From: Bacillota bacterium
GTDB taxonomy: Bacteria; Bacillota; Clostridia; Peptostreptococcales; Acidaminobacteraceae
Reading direction: 5' to 3'
DNA: 61,161 nucleotides
Assembly: GCA_030529605.1 (NCBI GenBank)
Contig: JAUMWO010000001.1
Span: forward strand, 1 to 61,161
In this document: positions 37,948 to 46,833 of the stretch, one piece after another
Layout: the number at the start of each line of letters is the position of its first letter
Position numbering within the stretch: position 1 is the first letter of the stretch
The notes under the pieces: model-generated
What the model was told of the DNA's origin: nothing
Database searches by the model: none
The model's input: the letters and a program-made list of their open reading frames with translations, nothing else
Translations under genes and position numbers: made by a program

Positions 37948-38022
37948 TGGCTGGGGATATAGGATTTGAACCTATGAATGACGGAGTCAAAGTCCGGTGC
38001 CTTACCGCTTGGCGAATCCCCA
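37948..38022 (-). tRNA. tRNA-Gln (anticodon UUG)
   Basis: The reverse complement reads TGGGGATTCGCCAAGCGGTAAGGCACCGGACTTTGACTCCGTCATTCATAGGTTCAAATCCTATATCCCCAGCCA. It folds as a cloverleaf with a CTTTGAC anticodon loop and an encoded CCA. Confidence 0.9.
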
Positions 38023-38026
38023 ATGC

Positions 38027-38111
38027 TGGTGGAGGGAGAAGGATTCGAACCTTCGAAATCGACGATAACGGATTTACAGTCCGCCCCCTTTGGCCACTCG
38101 GGAACCCCTCC
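38027..38111 (-). tRNA. tRNA-Tyr (anticodon GUA), long variable arm
   Basis: The reverse complement reads GGAGGGGTTCCCGAGTGGCCAAAGGGGGCGGACTGTAAATCCGTTATCGTCGATTTCGAAGGTTCGAATCCTTCTCCCTCCACCA. Confidence 0.9.
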
Positions 38112-38140
38112 ACGCACAGTCACGGTATGTGACAAGGGTT

Positions 38141-38170
38141 ATTATACAACAGGTGGTTTGATCATGGCAA
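38141..38170 (-). promoter_or_regulatory. Sigma-70-type promoter for the tRNA-Tyr/Gln operon
   Basis: The minus strand reads TTGCCA-N18-TATAAT. The -10 element ends about 29 nt upstream of the tRNA-Tyr 5' end. Confidence 0.6.
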
Positions 38171-38205
38171 GATAAAATTTGCAGGTTGAGCAATTTTTGT
38201 TGAAA

Positions 38206-39444
38206 TCATCGCGCCTTGCGTTCCGCCTCGTAGACCTTCCGATTCTCCGCCGCAGGACGCGAGATCAAAAGATAGATCGCCAGGATGCCGACAAAGGTAA
38301 ACATGACGACCGTAGCGCGATAACCGAACCGGTCTCCGACGATACCGCCGATAAACTGAATCAGGATCGCCATCAGAGTTGCATATGCGCCGAAAACGGC
38401 GCTGACTTTCGCCCGCATTTGCGGATCGAGGTAAGACTGAACACTCGCTTGTCGAACAGTAGCGGATGTCATGCCAAGCCCCCCGACAACAAAGCGATTG
38501 AACAGCATCAGCGGATAAGGGATAAAGAGCAGCAAAAGATCACAGAAGTCGTAAGTATAGTAGACAAATTGCGTTACACGATATCTCTTTTTCGGTGTGA
38601 TCGTCCAAACATACTGCATCACTCCGGCAAGCATACGCCCGATCGTCTCTGCACTGATCAGAAAACCGTACAATGTCGCTCCCAACCAAGGTGAACTTTG
38701 AAAGAACGCCTGCACCTGTACCGTCTTCGCATCGGAGAGTCCCTGCGTAATCCCCATATAAGCGTATATATTGCGAATTCCCTTTTCTGCCCGGATGTAG
38801 TGAAATCCGGACATCATTTCCTCTCGGTACGCCGCAAAACCCCTCACTGCGCATCGAACCGGTTCAAAACGCTCGCGAATGAAGAGTTCGGAGGTTGCAG
38901 CCAGAAGCAACATCGCACCGACCAAGTAGAAGAGATCGTGCATCTCCATACTTTTGTAAAGGAAGGCGGAAATCGGCGCCATGAAGATCGTGATGCTGGG
39001 ATAAAGTGTACCCGAAATCGCATACCCCTTGTGTTCGAAACCTTTCGGGATCAGATCGGGGAACCACGCTTGGTAGGCATTGGAATAAATCGCGCTGATT
39101 ACCCCGAACAGAAAACTGATCAGCACATAGAACATATAATGAAACCCGATGTGAGAAAGCGTCGCCCCAAGTACAAAATACATCACCGCCAGCAAATAAT
39201 CCAAAGCAACGATCACCGGTTTCTTACGATTGCGATCAATCAAGGGAGCGACCAAAATCGGAAGGACAGTACCCGGAATCATTCCGATGACAAACATCAT
39301 GCTGGACCGGAGCACGGATCCGGTTTTTTCAAATACAGTCAAACTGAGAGGCAGTTGAATCACCTGGCCACCGATGATCGAGATCACGGTGCCGAAAGTA
39401 ATCAGCGAAAAATCCCGCGTCCAAAGTGTCCGATCCGTCTTCAT
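38206..39444 (-). CDS. MFS transporter
   Basis: 412 aa with about 12 TM helices and an MFS-like N-terminus. It follows the sucD terminator directly, with SD GGAGGAGGG. Confidence 0.8.
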   Translation of the reverse strand: MKTDRTLWTRDFSLITFGTVISIIGGQVIQLPLSLTVFEKTGSVLRSSMMFVIGMIPGTVLPILVAPLIDRNRKKPVIVALDYLLAVMYFVLGATLSHIGFHYMFYVLISFLFGVISAIYSNAYQAWFPDLIPKGFEHKGYAISGTLYPSITIFMAPISAFLYKSMEMHDLFYLVGAMLLLAATSELFIRERFEPVRCAVRGFAAYREEMMSGFHYIRAEKGIRNIYAYMGITQGLSDAKTVQVQAFFQSSPWLGATLYGFLISAETIGRMLAGVMQYVWTITPKKRYRVTQFVYYTYDFCDLLLLFIPYPLMLFNRFVVGGLGMTSATVRQASVQSYLDPQMRAKVSAVFGAYATLMAILIQFIGGIVGDRFGYRATVVMFTFVGILAIYLLISRPAAENRKVYEAERKAR

Positions 39445-39463
39445 ACGCCCTCCTCCGTTACCT

Positions 39464-39497
39464 TCAAAATAAGACCCCCCCGGTGAAGCCGAGGGGG
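39464..39497 (-). terminator. Probable rho-independent terminator after sucD
   Basis: The minus strand reads CCCCCTCGG-CTTCA-CCGGGGGGG followed by TCTTATTTT. Confidence 0.5.
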
Positions 39498-39532
39498 ATT
39501 GAAATCACTTGAATCTACGCGAGTCTAAACTC

Positions 39533-40885
39533 TTATGCCCAGATCTCATCGTCCGTAGGGACTTTGATTTTTGCGCTGAGCGGCGCAATGCGAGTGATAT
39601 TGAGCAGATGCTTGTAGGTGAAGTTCTCGGAAATCGAGTTATTTCCCCACGAGCCGCAGCCCAGAGTGTTGGTCACGGCGAGACCGTTCTGCATCGATCC
39701 GCCCGCCGTTGTAGCCGACGGAGCGTTGACCACAAAGCGCGAGACATTCAGCTCGCTGCCGGCCTTGATGATATTGCCCTGGTTGTTCGAGTGGATCGCC
39801 GCCGTGTGACCGCTTCCCTCGAGGTTGAGGTTGGTCTTCGCGATCAGAATCGCTTCCTCGAAATTGTCGTACGGATATGCCGAGAGCACCGGGCACATCT
39901 TCTCTTTGGAGATCATATCCGCAGCGCCGTAACCCTCGGACTCGAGCACGAGCACACGAGTGCCTTCCGGAATCGCGATTCCCGCCTTGTCCGCGATGAA
40001 CTTCGGCGATTGACCGACGATGTCGCCCGCGAGGTGACCGTCTTCAAAGATCGCACCGACCACTTTCGCTTTGTCCGCCATCGGTACGATGTACGCTTTG
40101 CTCGCTTCGAATGCCTTCATCACTTCTTCGCGCTGATCGCGTGGGTAGATGAAACTTTGCTCGCCGGAGCAGATGATGCCGTTGTCGAAGGTACGACCAG
40201 CGACGACTTTCGCAGCGGCCGCCGCATAGTCGATATGGCGATCCAAGATGACTTGGACATTCCCTGCGCCGACACCGAAGGACGGCTTTCCGGAGGAGTA
40301 CGCCGATTTGACCATCGCCATACCGCCCGTCGCAACGACGACATCCGCTTCCTTCATCAGCTCGCTCGTCTTCTCGATGGAAGGCTCGGCGATGATTTGG
40401 ATCAGGTTCTCAGGTACATTGAACTTCTTGAGGTTTTCCTTGATCAGGCGAACCGTCTCGCCGGAGCATCCTTTCGAACGCGGGTGCGGCGCGATAATGA
40501 TCGCATTCTTTGTCTTGAGGGCAAACATGATCTTGGACATCGGGGTGACGATCGGGTTGGTGGTCGGTGTGATTCCCGCTACGACGCCGATCGGCTTCGC
40601 CACTTCGATCAAACCGGTACGATCGCAGATGCTCAGAATACCCATCGACTTCTTGCCGCGAATGTCGTTCCAGATCGCTTTGGATTTGCCTTTGTTCTTG
40701 GCAACCTTGTCTTCGTAAACGCCCATGCGCGTCTCTTTGACCGCCATGTCCGCGAGCATTTCCGCATTGTCGTACACGGTTTTACCGACCGTCTTGACGA
40801 TCTGATCGACCGTATCCTGGTCGAAGTTCAGCGCGTATTCCGCTTGCGCTTCACGCGCCTTTTGAACCATTTCCTTGATGTTCAT
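39533..40885 (-). CDS. sucD: CoA-acylating succinate-semialdehyde dehydrogenase
   Basis: Closely resembles Clostridium kluyveri SucD along its whole length (AEMLADMAVKETRMGVYEDKVAKNKGKS..., GIICSGEQS, LGCGSWGNNSISEN, ...DDEIWA). Confidence 0.9.
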   Translation of the reverse strand: MNIKEMVQKAREAQAEYALNFDQDTVDQIVKTVGKTVYDNAEMLADMAVKETRMGVYEDKVAKNKGKSKAIWNDIRGKKSMGILSICDRTGLIEVAKPIGVVAGITPTTNPIVTPMSKIMFALKTKNAIIIAPHPRSKGCSGETVRLIKENLKKFNVPENLIQIIAEPSIEKTSELMKEADVVVATGGMAMVKSAYSSGKPSFGVGAGNVQVILDRHIDYAAAAAKVVAGRTFDNGIICSGEQSFIYPRDQREEVMKAFEASKAYIVPMADKAKVVGAIFEDGHLAGDIVGQSPKFIADKAGIAIPEGTRVLVLESEGYGAADMISKEKMCPVLSAYPYDNFEEAILIAKTNLNLEGSGHTAAIHSNNQGNIIKAGSELNVSRFVVNAPSATTAGGSMQNGLAVTNTLGCGSWGNNSISENFTYKHLLNITRIAPLSAKIKVPTDDEIWA

Positions 40886-40946
40886 CGAATTGTTTCCGCC
40901 TTATCTGATTATTTGTTGTAGTTTGTCTTGCAGTTGGTCGATGCGC

Positions 40947-42062
40947 CTAGTAGAGCGCCTTGTAAATGTCGCGGATCTCATCGCGAGAAAGCTCGACATA
41001 GTTGTTCGCGAGCAGACGCTGCTGTCCGGCGATCACACTGTCGGCAAAAGATTCGATCTCCGATTCCTTCATGCCGTAAGTGCTGAGGCGATTCTTGGAC
41101 AGAAGGTTGCCGAGGAGCTTCTCGAGCTCGTCATATACTTTGTCCGGAGTGGTTCCGAGCAACTCCGCATAGATCTTGTTGAGTCGAACGATGCGGCCGG
41201 TCGGATTTTTCTTTTGGTAGTACTTGAAGATTTCAGTAAAAAACTGATAATTGGACTCGCCATGCGGTACATGGTAGGTGCCGCCGAGCGGATACGACAT
41301 CGCGTGAACCGCACCGACACCGGTGTTGCCGAATGCGATGCCGGCATAGTTGCTCGCCATCAGCATCTCATCGAGACATTCCATACGATACGCTTCGCCT
41401 TTAGCGACAATGTTTTGGTAGATGCCGACGATGATGCGGATCGCTTCGATCGCATACAGCTCGGTGTACGGATTGGATTTTGGAGAAACAAAGGACTCCG
41501 TCGCATGAATCAACGCGTCGATCGAGCTGTAAACATAGAATTTGTACGGAAGCGTCTTGATCATTTCCGGAATCAGGACCGCATCGTCGGCGAGCAGTTC
41601 ATCGACCGCAAGCCCTTTCTTCGTGCCGAGGGACTTGAGTTCCGCGATCGAGATATTGGTCACTTCGGATCCGGTACCGCAGGTCGTCGGAACGATGACC
41701 AATTCCTTTTCTTTGATTAGATCGACACGACGTTCGAACGCGTCGACGACATTGTCGATCCCTTTGAGAACAAAGAGCTTCGAGATGTCGATGACCGTAC
41801 CGCCGCCGACCGCGATGATGCGCTTGAACTCATACTTCTTGATCTCTTGGAGCATCGCGTTCATCATTTCATCCGACGGCTCGCCCACGCCGTATTTCTC
41901 TTGGAAAATAAAGCGGGACTGGAGGCCGAGCGGCTTCATGAACGGCTCATAGATGAATTCGTTGGTGACGACGACGTCGTCCGCTCCGATTTGAAACTCT
42001 TTCGCAAATTCTGCAAAAGTGTCAAAACGGTGTAGTCTGGATTTGAGTTTGAATAGCTGCAT
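40947..42062 (-). CDS. 4hbD: 4-hydroxybutyrate dehydrogenase (iron-containing ADH family)
   Basis: Trimmed to the ATG at 42062 (MQLFKLKSRLHRFDTFAEFAKEF). Near-collinear with C. kluyveri 4HbD (VPTTCGTGSEVTN, GVGAVHAMSYPLGGTYHVPHGE, ...IYKALY). Confidence 0.9.
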   Translation of the reverse strand: MQLFKLKSRLHRFDTFAEFAKEFQIGADDVVVTNEFIYEPFMKPLGLQSRFIFQEKYGVGEPSDEMMNAMLQEIKKYEFKRIIAVGGGTVIDISKLFVLKGIDNVVDAFERRVDLIKEKELVIVPTTCGTGSEVTNISIAELKSLGTKKGLAVDELLADDAVLIPEMIKTLPYKFYVYSSIDALIHATESFVSPKSNPYTELYAIEAIRIIVGIYQNIVAKGEAYRMECLDEMLMASNYAGIAFGNTGVGAVHAMSYPLGGTYHVPHGESNYQFFTEIFKYYQKKNPTGRIVRLNKIYAELLGTTPDKVYDELEKLLGNLLSKNRLSTYGMKESEIESFADSVIAGQQRLLANNYVELSRDEIRDIYKALY

Positions 42063-42063
42063 C

Positions 42064-43362
42064 TTATCTCTCCTTTGGAAATCTTTTCTTGAATTCTTCT
42101 TCGAGCATCGGTCTGTGATCCGGGTGAGCGATAGCGACCAGTGCCTTGGCACGCTCACGCAGTGTTTTGCCGCGCAGATGAGCAATTCCGTATTCCGTGA
42201 TGATGTAGTCCACGTCATTGCGCGTCGTCGTGACGGCTGTGCCCTCCTTCAGGAAAGGCACGATGCGCGAAACCTTGCCACCGGCAGCCGTCGAAGGAAT
42301 CGCGATGATCGATTTGCCTCCCTTCGCCGCCGATGCGCCGCGCACATAGTCGACTTGTCCGCCGGTACCGCTGAACTGTCTGAGCCCGATCGATTCCGAA
42401 GCGACCTGACCCATGAGATCCACCTCGATGCAGGAGTTGATCGAAATCATATTCTCATTCTGCATAATCGTCAGAGGGTTGTTGACATAGTCGACCGGAT
42501 AAAGCTCCACATCTTTGTTGTGGTCGATGAAATCGTAGAGCGCTTTGGTCCCCATCAAGAAGGTCGAAACCATCTTGCCCGGATGAAGCGTCTTTTTGGC
42601 TCCGGTGATGCAGCCGCGCTTCACGAGCTCCAGTGCACCGTCGGAGAACATCTCCGTATGGATCCCGAGATCCTTCTTGTCGCCCAGGAACATCAGAACC
42701 GCATCCGGAATCCCGCCGATCCCGAGCTGAAGCGTGTCGCCGTCTTTGATCAGCGAAGCGCAGTGACGTCCGATCTCCTTTTCGATGTCGCCGATCGGTC
42801 CCGGCTTAAGTTCGTACAATGGGTAGGAGCAAGGAATGATGTGGTCGATCTGATCGAGGTGAATGAAGTTGTCCCCATAGACATAAGGCATCTGATCATT
42901 GACCTCGGCGATGACGATCTTGGCATTTTCAGCCGCCGGCTTTGTGTAATCGCAAGAGATACCGAAGCTGCAGTTGCCGTTTTCATCCGGAGCCGAGACT
43001 TGAATCACGGCGACATCGACATCGATGCTTCCGTTTCGGAACAGTCGCGGCACTTCGTAGAAGAAGCAAGGGGTAAAGTCCGCCCGATCCTCCTCGACCG
43101 CTTTGCGCGTGTTTGCGCCGACAAAAATCGCATTATGCCGGAAATTTTCTTCATACTCAGGGAGGGCATATCGGCCCTCCCCCAGTCCCAGCATATGGAT
43201 GATTTGAACATTTCTGTAGTCTGCGCTGTGATCCAGCAGCGCTTTGATCGTCTCTTGAGGTACCGCCGCCGCGTGCGCAAAGACGACTTTGTCGTTGTCT
43301 TTGATGTGACGAATCGCCTCTGCCGCGGTCGTTACCTTGTGTGCGTTTTTACCGAAATTCAT
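42064..43362 (-). CDS. cat2: 4-hydroxybutyrate CoA-transferase
   Basis: Acetyl-CoA hydrolase/transferase family. Cat2/AbfT-like motifs include GIGGIPDAV and SGTGGQVDYVRGA. It lies 1 nt upstream of 4hbD. Confidence 0.9.
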   Translation of the reverse strand: MNFGKNAHKVTTAAEAIRHIKDNDKVVFAHAAAVPQETIKALLDHSADYRNVQIIHMLGLGEGRYALPEYEENFRHNAIFVGANTRKAVEEDRADFTPCFFYEVPRLFRNGSIDVDVAVIQVSAPDENGNCSFGISCDYTKPAAENAKIVIAEVNDQMPYVYGDNFIHLDQIDHIIPCSYPLYELKPGPIGDIEKEIGRHCASLIKDGDTLQLGIGGIPDAVLMFLGDKKDLGIHTEMFSDGALELVKRGCITGAKKTLHPGKMVSTFLMGTKALYDFIDHNKDVELYPVDYVNNPLTIMQNENMISINSCIEVDLMGQVASESIGLRQFSGTGGQVDYVRGASAAKGGKSIIAIPSTAAGGKVSRIVPFLKEGTAVTTTRNDVDYIITEYGIAHLRGKTLRERAKALVAIAHPDHRPMLEEEFKKRFPKER

Positions 43363-43409
43363 TCCGTCATCCTCACCTATGCTTGATTTTATTTGATGAT
43401 GTTACGATG

Positions 43410-44876
43410 TTATGCGCGGTCTCTGGAAACGTCGACATGCGCAAGTTCGCGCGCGAGCGCTTTCTTCGCTTCGAGATTTCCCTGGCGCGAAATCATGATG
43501 CGCTGTGCTTGTGGAGAACCCGCACCGTGCATCGACTCGGTACGATAGCCGACCGCCGCCGTTCCGAGCGTGATGTTCTCGATCAGGCGCAGGATGCGCA
43601 TACGGTTTTCGGTGTCTTTGCCGACTTTACCTGCCAGATATTTCTTGACATATGCGCCGAGTTTCTCGTCTTTGAAGTCCGCCTCGGAAGGCATAGTGAC
43701 CATCAAACCGCCTGCGATATCCTCGGCGAGACGCGCAATCTCGTAAGGGAAACGCGTCACGTTCTGCTTGCAGACATTCGCGAGAAGCAGGTCGATCAGG
43801 TAGTTGCCGGACTCGGTTTTGTGCGATTCGTACGAGCAAGCGAGCGCACTCGACCAGAGCGTTTCGTTGAGGTGAATCATTTCGATGAGTTTGTCCTTGA
43901 CATGGCTCGCCTTCTCAACGCCATTGTAGTCCGCAGCGAGAGCAGCGGCTCCGATCAGAACGTCACCGACACCGGTCTTACAAGCGTAAGACTGTCTGTG
44001 GTATCCCGAGAAGCGCTCGACCATCATGTTGGCATACTTCGCTTCGCGGCACATAAAGACGCGCTCATTCGGTACAAATACATTGTCGAAGATGACGAGA
44101 GCTTCATGTCCGCCGAATTCGCGGTTACCGAGGTCAATGTCTGCGCCCGGCTCCATCTTACGCGTATCGCAAGACTGACGGCCGTAGATCATGAAAACTC
44201 CTTCCGCATCCGAAGGAACCGCAAAGGATACCGCGTAATCCGCGTCCTCGTCCTTCATCGACATCGTCGGCATGATCAGATGCTCATGCGAGTTGACCGC
44301 ACCGGTCTGGTGAGCCTTCGCACCGCGAACGACGATACCGTCCTCACGCACTTCGACGACATGCAGGTACATATCCGGATCTTCCTGTTTGGAAGGCGCC
44401 AGACCGCGATCGCCTTTCGGGTCGGTCATCGCACCGTCGATTACGAGGTCATTCTTCTGAGCAAATTTTACATATTCGATGAAACGCTTGTGGTACTCCG
44501 TTCCATACTCTTTGTCCATTTCGTAAGTTGTCGAATAAATTGCATTGAGCGCGTCCATACCGACACATCGCTGGAAGCAAGAACCGGTCTTTTGACCGAG
44601 CAAACGCTGCATCTTGATCTTCTTGACCAAGTCGTCTTGGCTCATGTGGATGTGGCAGAAACGGTTGACTCGCTCGCCGGTGAATGGAGAGATCGCAGTG
44701 ACCAAATCACGATACTCATCCTGCTGTGCCAGCTCGTAAGTCATCGCTACTGAATTGAGCGACGGCCGAATGATCGGATGATCGACCGGATTCTCGATCC
44801 GCTCTCCGAACATGTACACTTTGAGGTCCAGTTTCCGTAAACTTTCGATGTACTCTTCCCTTGTTTTCAACGCCAT
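43410..44876 (-). CDS. abfD: 4-hydroxybutyryl-CoA dehydratase / vinylacetyl-CoA delta-isomerase
   Basis: 488 aa with an AbfD-like N-terminus (MALKTREEYIESLRKLDLKVYMFGERIENPVDHPII). The Cys/His cluster-ligand context is CHIHMSQDD ... CFQRC. Confidence 0.92.
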   Translation of the reverse strand: MALKTREEYIESLRKLDLKVYMFGERIENPVDHPIIRPSLNSVAMTYELAQQDEYRDLVTAISPFTGERVNRFCHIHMSQDDLVKKIKMQRLLGQKTGSCFQRCVGMDALNAIYSTTYEMDKEYGTEYHKRFIEYVKFAQKNDLVIDGAMTDPKGDRGLAPSKQEDPDMYLHVVEVREDGIVVRGAKAHQTGAVNSHEHLIMPTMSMKDEDADYAVSFAVPSDAEGVFMIYGRQSCDTRKMEPGADIDLGNREFGGHEALVIFDNVFVPNERVFMCREAKYANMMVERFSGYHRQSYACKTGVGDVLIGAAALAADYNGVEKASHVKDKLIEMIHLNETLWSSALACSYESHKTESGNYLIDLLLANVCKQNVTRFPYEIARLAEDIAGGLMVTMPSEADFKDEKLGAYVKKYLAGKVGKDTENRMRILRLIENITLGTAAVGYRTESMHGAGSPQAQRIMISRQGNLEAKKALARELAHVDVSRDRA

Positions 44877-44936
44877 AACCCTTCTCCTTTCACATTACGA
44901 AATAAACAGTCGAACAGCAACCGTGACTTCGTTATA

Positions 44937-44958
44937 TTTTAGACAATTAAGTCTAAAA
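44937..44958. promoter_or_regulatory. 22-bp palindrome in the abfD leader (candidate operator or RNA hairpin)
   Basis: TTTTAGAC-AATTAA-GTCTAAAA has perfect 8-bp inverted arms. It lies between the predicted promoter and the abfD ATG. Confidence 0.35.
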
Positions 44959-45000
44959 AAAAGCCGAACCCATCGATTGCTATCCTCTTTCGCCGCCCTA

Positions 45001-45029
45001 ATCTTAGCACTCCGATTTGGGGGTGTCAA
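45001..45029 (-). promoter_or_regulatory. Sigma-70-type promoter of the abfD-cat2-4hbD-sucD operon
   Basis: The minus strand reads TTGACA-N17-TAAGAT, about 120 nt upstream of the abfD ATG. Confidence 0.55.
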
Positions 45030-45080
45030 CCGATTCGGCAAAATTAAATGCGAGACCGAACTTTGTCAAGAAGGTTGAAT

Positions 45081-45113
45081 AAGCAAAGAGCACCCGAGAT
45101 CGCTCTCAGGTGC
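45081..45113 (-). terminator. Rho-independent terminator closing the CitMHS-DUF1446-DUF4387 operon
   Basis: The minus strand reads GCACCTGAGA-GCGA-TCTCGGGTGC (10 bp including one G-U pair), followed by TCTTTGCTTATT. Confidence 0.6.
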
Positions 45114-45159
45114 CCTTCGGGTCGAATATCAAATCGTTGGGAAGATCCTTTTGAAGTGG

Positions 45160-45465
45160 TTACCAGTCGACTTCCATGTCGAGCAAATAGCAGGACAATC
45201 CCTTGCCGTGCATATCGAGCGACAGAGTCCGGGTCACCCCGCCTCCGAGCGCTTCATACATCACGAAGTTGAGAGCACCGAGCTGCGGCACTTCGTATCG
45301 CACCACATCGCCCTTTACCATGCCCGCAAAATGCTGTTTCACGCGCTCCGGTGTTACCAGACGCGCCATTTTTTCATAATCCTCGATGCGGTACGCAATC
45401 AGAGAAATGTTTGAGATGTTGCCCTTATCGCCGGTTCGCGAATGGGCGATATTACATAATTTCAT
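45160..45465 (-). CDS. DUF4387-like small protein (equivalent to the C-terminal domain of fused AtuA proteins)
   Basis: ATG at 45465 after SD GGAGG. MKLCNIAHSRTGDKGNISNISLIAY...LGALNFVMYEALGGGVTRTLSLD resembles the DUF4387 family (from memory). Confidence 0.65.
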   Translation of the reverse strand: MKLCNIAHSRTGDKGNISNISLIAYRIEDYEKMARLVTPERVKQHFAGMVKGDVVRYEVPQLGALNFVMYEALGGGVTRTLSLDMHGKGLSCYLLDMEVDW

Positions 45466-45475
45466 CAAGCACCTC

Positions 45476-46825
45476 CTACGATTCCGTCATCTTGACGGTC
45501 GGATGAACATCGGAACGATCGATGACGATCGAAGCGACCGATACGATTTCTCGGATCCCCTTCGTCGCGCCGCATCCACCTGCCGGTCCGTTGGTGTAAA
45601 GAGCTTCCACTTCTTCGCCGACCCGCGCCGCCGTCGCCCGATCTTTCGCCCGTGCCGAGACGCGCAGTCGGATCTCGGTCGGCATGGTTTCCGGCTGTCG
45701 GCACCCGGCGCCCCAATACAGCGAATTGACTCCGATGAGGTCGACCTTGAGTTCCTCAAATTCGATATTGCGCAATTTGAGGCGATCGACCACGATCTCA
45801 CCGGCCAACTTTGCCCGTTCATAGGCTCCCGGGCCGCCGTAGCTGATCTCACCGTCGCCGATGACGCAGTCCTTGTAACCCAGGGACACCTTCAATGTCT
45901 GCGGCTTTTGCTTGCCGCCAGCGCCCTTCGCCTCGACCACGTCCTTCCCTTTTTCCAAGAATTGAACCTTCGAAAAGTCGGCTACGACATCCGGCGTGAT
46001 GTAATTTGCGGGATCGTGGATCTCGTAAAGCATCTGCTCCGTGCAGGTATGCGCGTTGACGACACCGCCGCTTCCCTCGACCTTTGTGACAAAGAAGGAA
46101 CCGTCTTCGCACACTTCGACAAGCGGGAAACCGAGTCGTGCCAAACCGTCGACGGTTTTTCCCGCAGCCGGATCCGCGTAATATCCTCCGCTGACCTGTC
46201 CTCCGCATTCGAGCAAATGACCGATCAACGTTCCCTTGCCGAGCTTATCCCAATCGTCCGGAGACCAGCCGAACTCATAAATCATCGGCGCCATAAAAAT
46301 GGCAGGATCCGCCACGCGACCGGTGATCACGATATCCGCGCCACCGCGGAGCGCTTCGACGATCCCTTCGACGCCAAGGTAAACATTGGCGGACACCACC
46401 TCGCCGTCGAGCTCCGAAAGCGGCTTTCCCGTCTCCCAGACGGTAGCGTCCTGATACTTGGTCAATTTTTCCAGCACATCGTCGCCGAGCACCGCCGCGA
46501 CACGAAGTCCATGAATTCCGTGCTTCCGCGCAATCTCGATGCAGACATCCACCGCCGCCTCCGGATTGGCAGCGCCCATATTGGTGATCACTTTGACGCC
46601 GTGCTTCTTCGCGAGCGGGATCACCTTTTCCATCCGGTAGGCCAGCAGACCGTTGTAGCCTTTTTTCGGATCCTTCAGCTTTTCCATCTGCGCGATCGCG
46701 ATCGTACGCTCCGCAAGACACTCAAAGCTGATATAGTTCAGATTTCCTTTCTCGATGAGTTCCAACGCCGGTTCCAGACGGTCGCCCGCATAACCGGCTC
46801 CACTACCGATTCGTAAGGTTTTCAT
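45476..46825 (-). CDS. DUF1446 / AtuA-like (acyclic terpene utilisation family) protein, function unknown
   Basis: 449 aa. The N-terminus MKTLRIGSGAGYAGDRLEPALELIE... is typical of DUF1446. SD AGGAGG. Confidence 0.75.
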   Translation of the reverse strand: MKTLRIGSGAGYAGDRLEPALELIEKGNLNYISFECLAERTIAIAQMEKLKDPKKGYNGLLAYRMEKVIPLAKKHGVKVITNMGAANPEAAVDVCIEIARKHGIHGLRVAAVLGDDVLEKLTKYQDATVWETGKPLSELDGEVVSANVYLGVEGIVEALRGGADIVITGRVADPAIFMAPMIYEFGWSPDDWDKLGKGTLIGHLLECGGQVSGGYYADPAAGKTVDGLARLGFPLVEVCEDGSFFVTKVEGSGGVVNAHTCTEQMLYEIHDPANYITPDVVADFSKVQFLEKGKDVVEAKGAGGKQKPQTLKVSLGYKDCVIGDGEISYGGPGAYERAKLAGEIVVDRLKLRNIEFEELKVDLIGVNSLYWGAGCRQPETMPTEIRLRVSARAKDRATAARVGEEVEALYTNGPAGGCGATKGIREIVSVASIVIDRSDVHPTVKMTES

Positions 46826-46833
46826 AGTTCCTC

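Noticed and set aside
37817-38175. Four ORFs of 61-98 aa across 37817-38175.
   Set aside because: They overlap the tRNA-Gln and tRNA-Tyr genes and their promoter and terminator. The tRNA cloverleaves explain the sequence.
44877-45080. A possible second sigma-54 promoter upstream of abfD, which would place the 4-hydroxybutyrate operon under the same activator.
   Set aside because: I scanned the minus strand for GG-N10-GC in a TGGCAC/TTGC context and found no acceptable match. A good sigma-70 promoter, TTGACA-N17-TAAGAT, is present instead.
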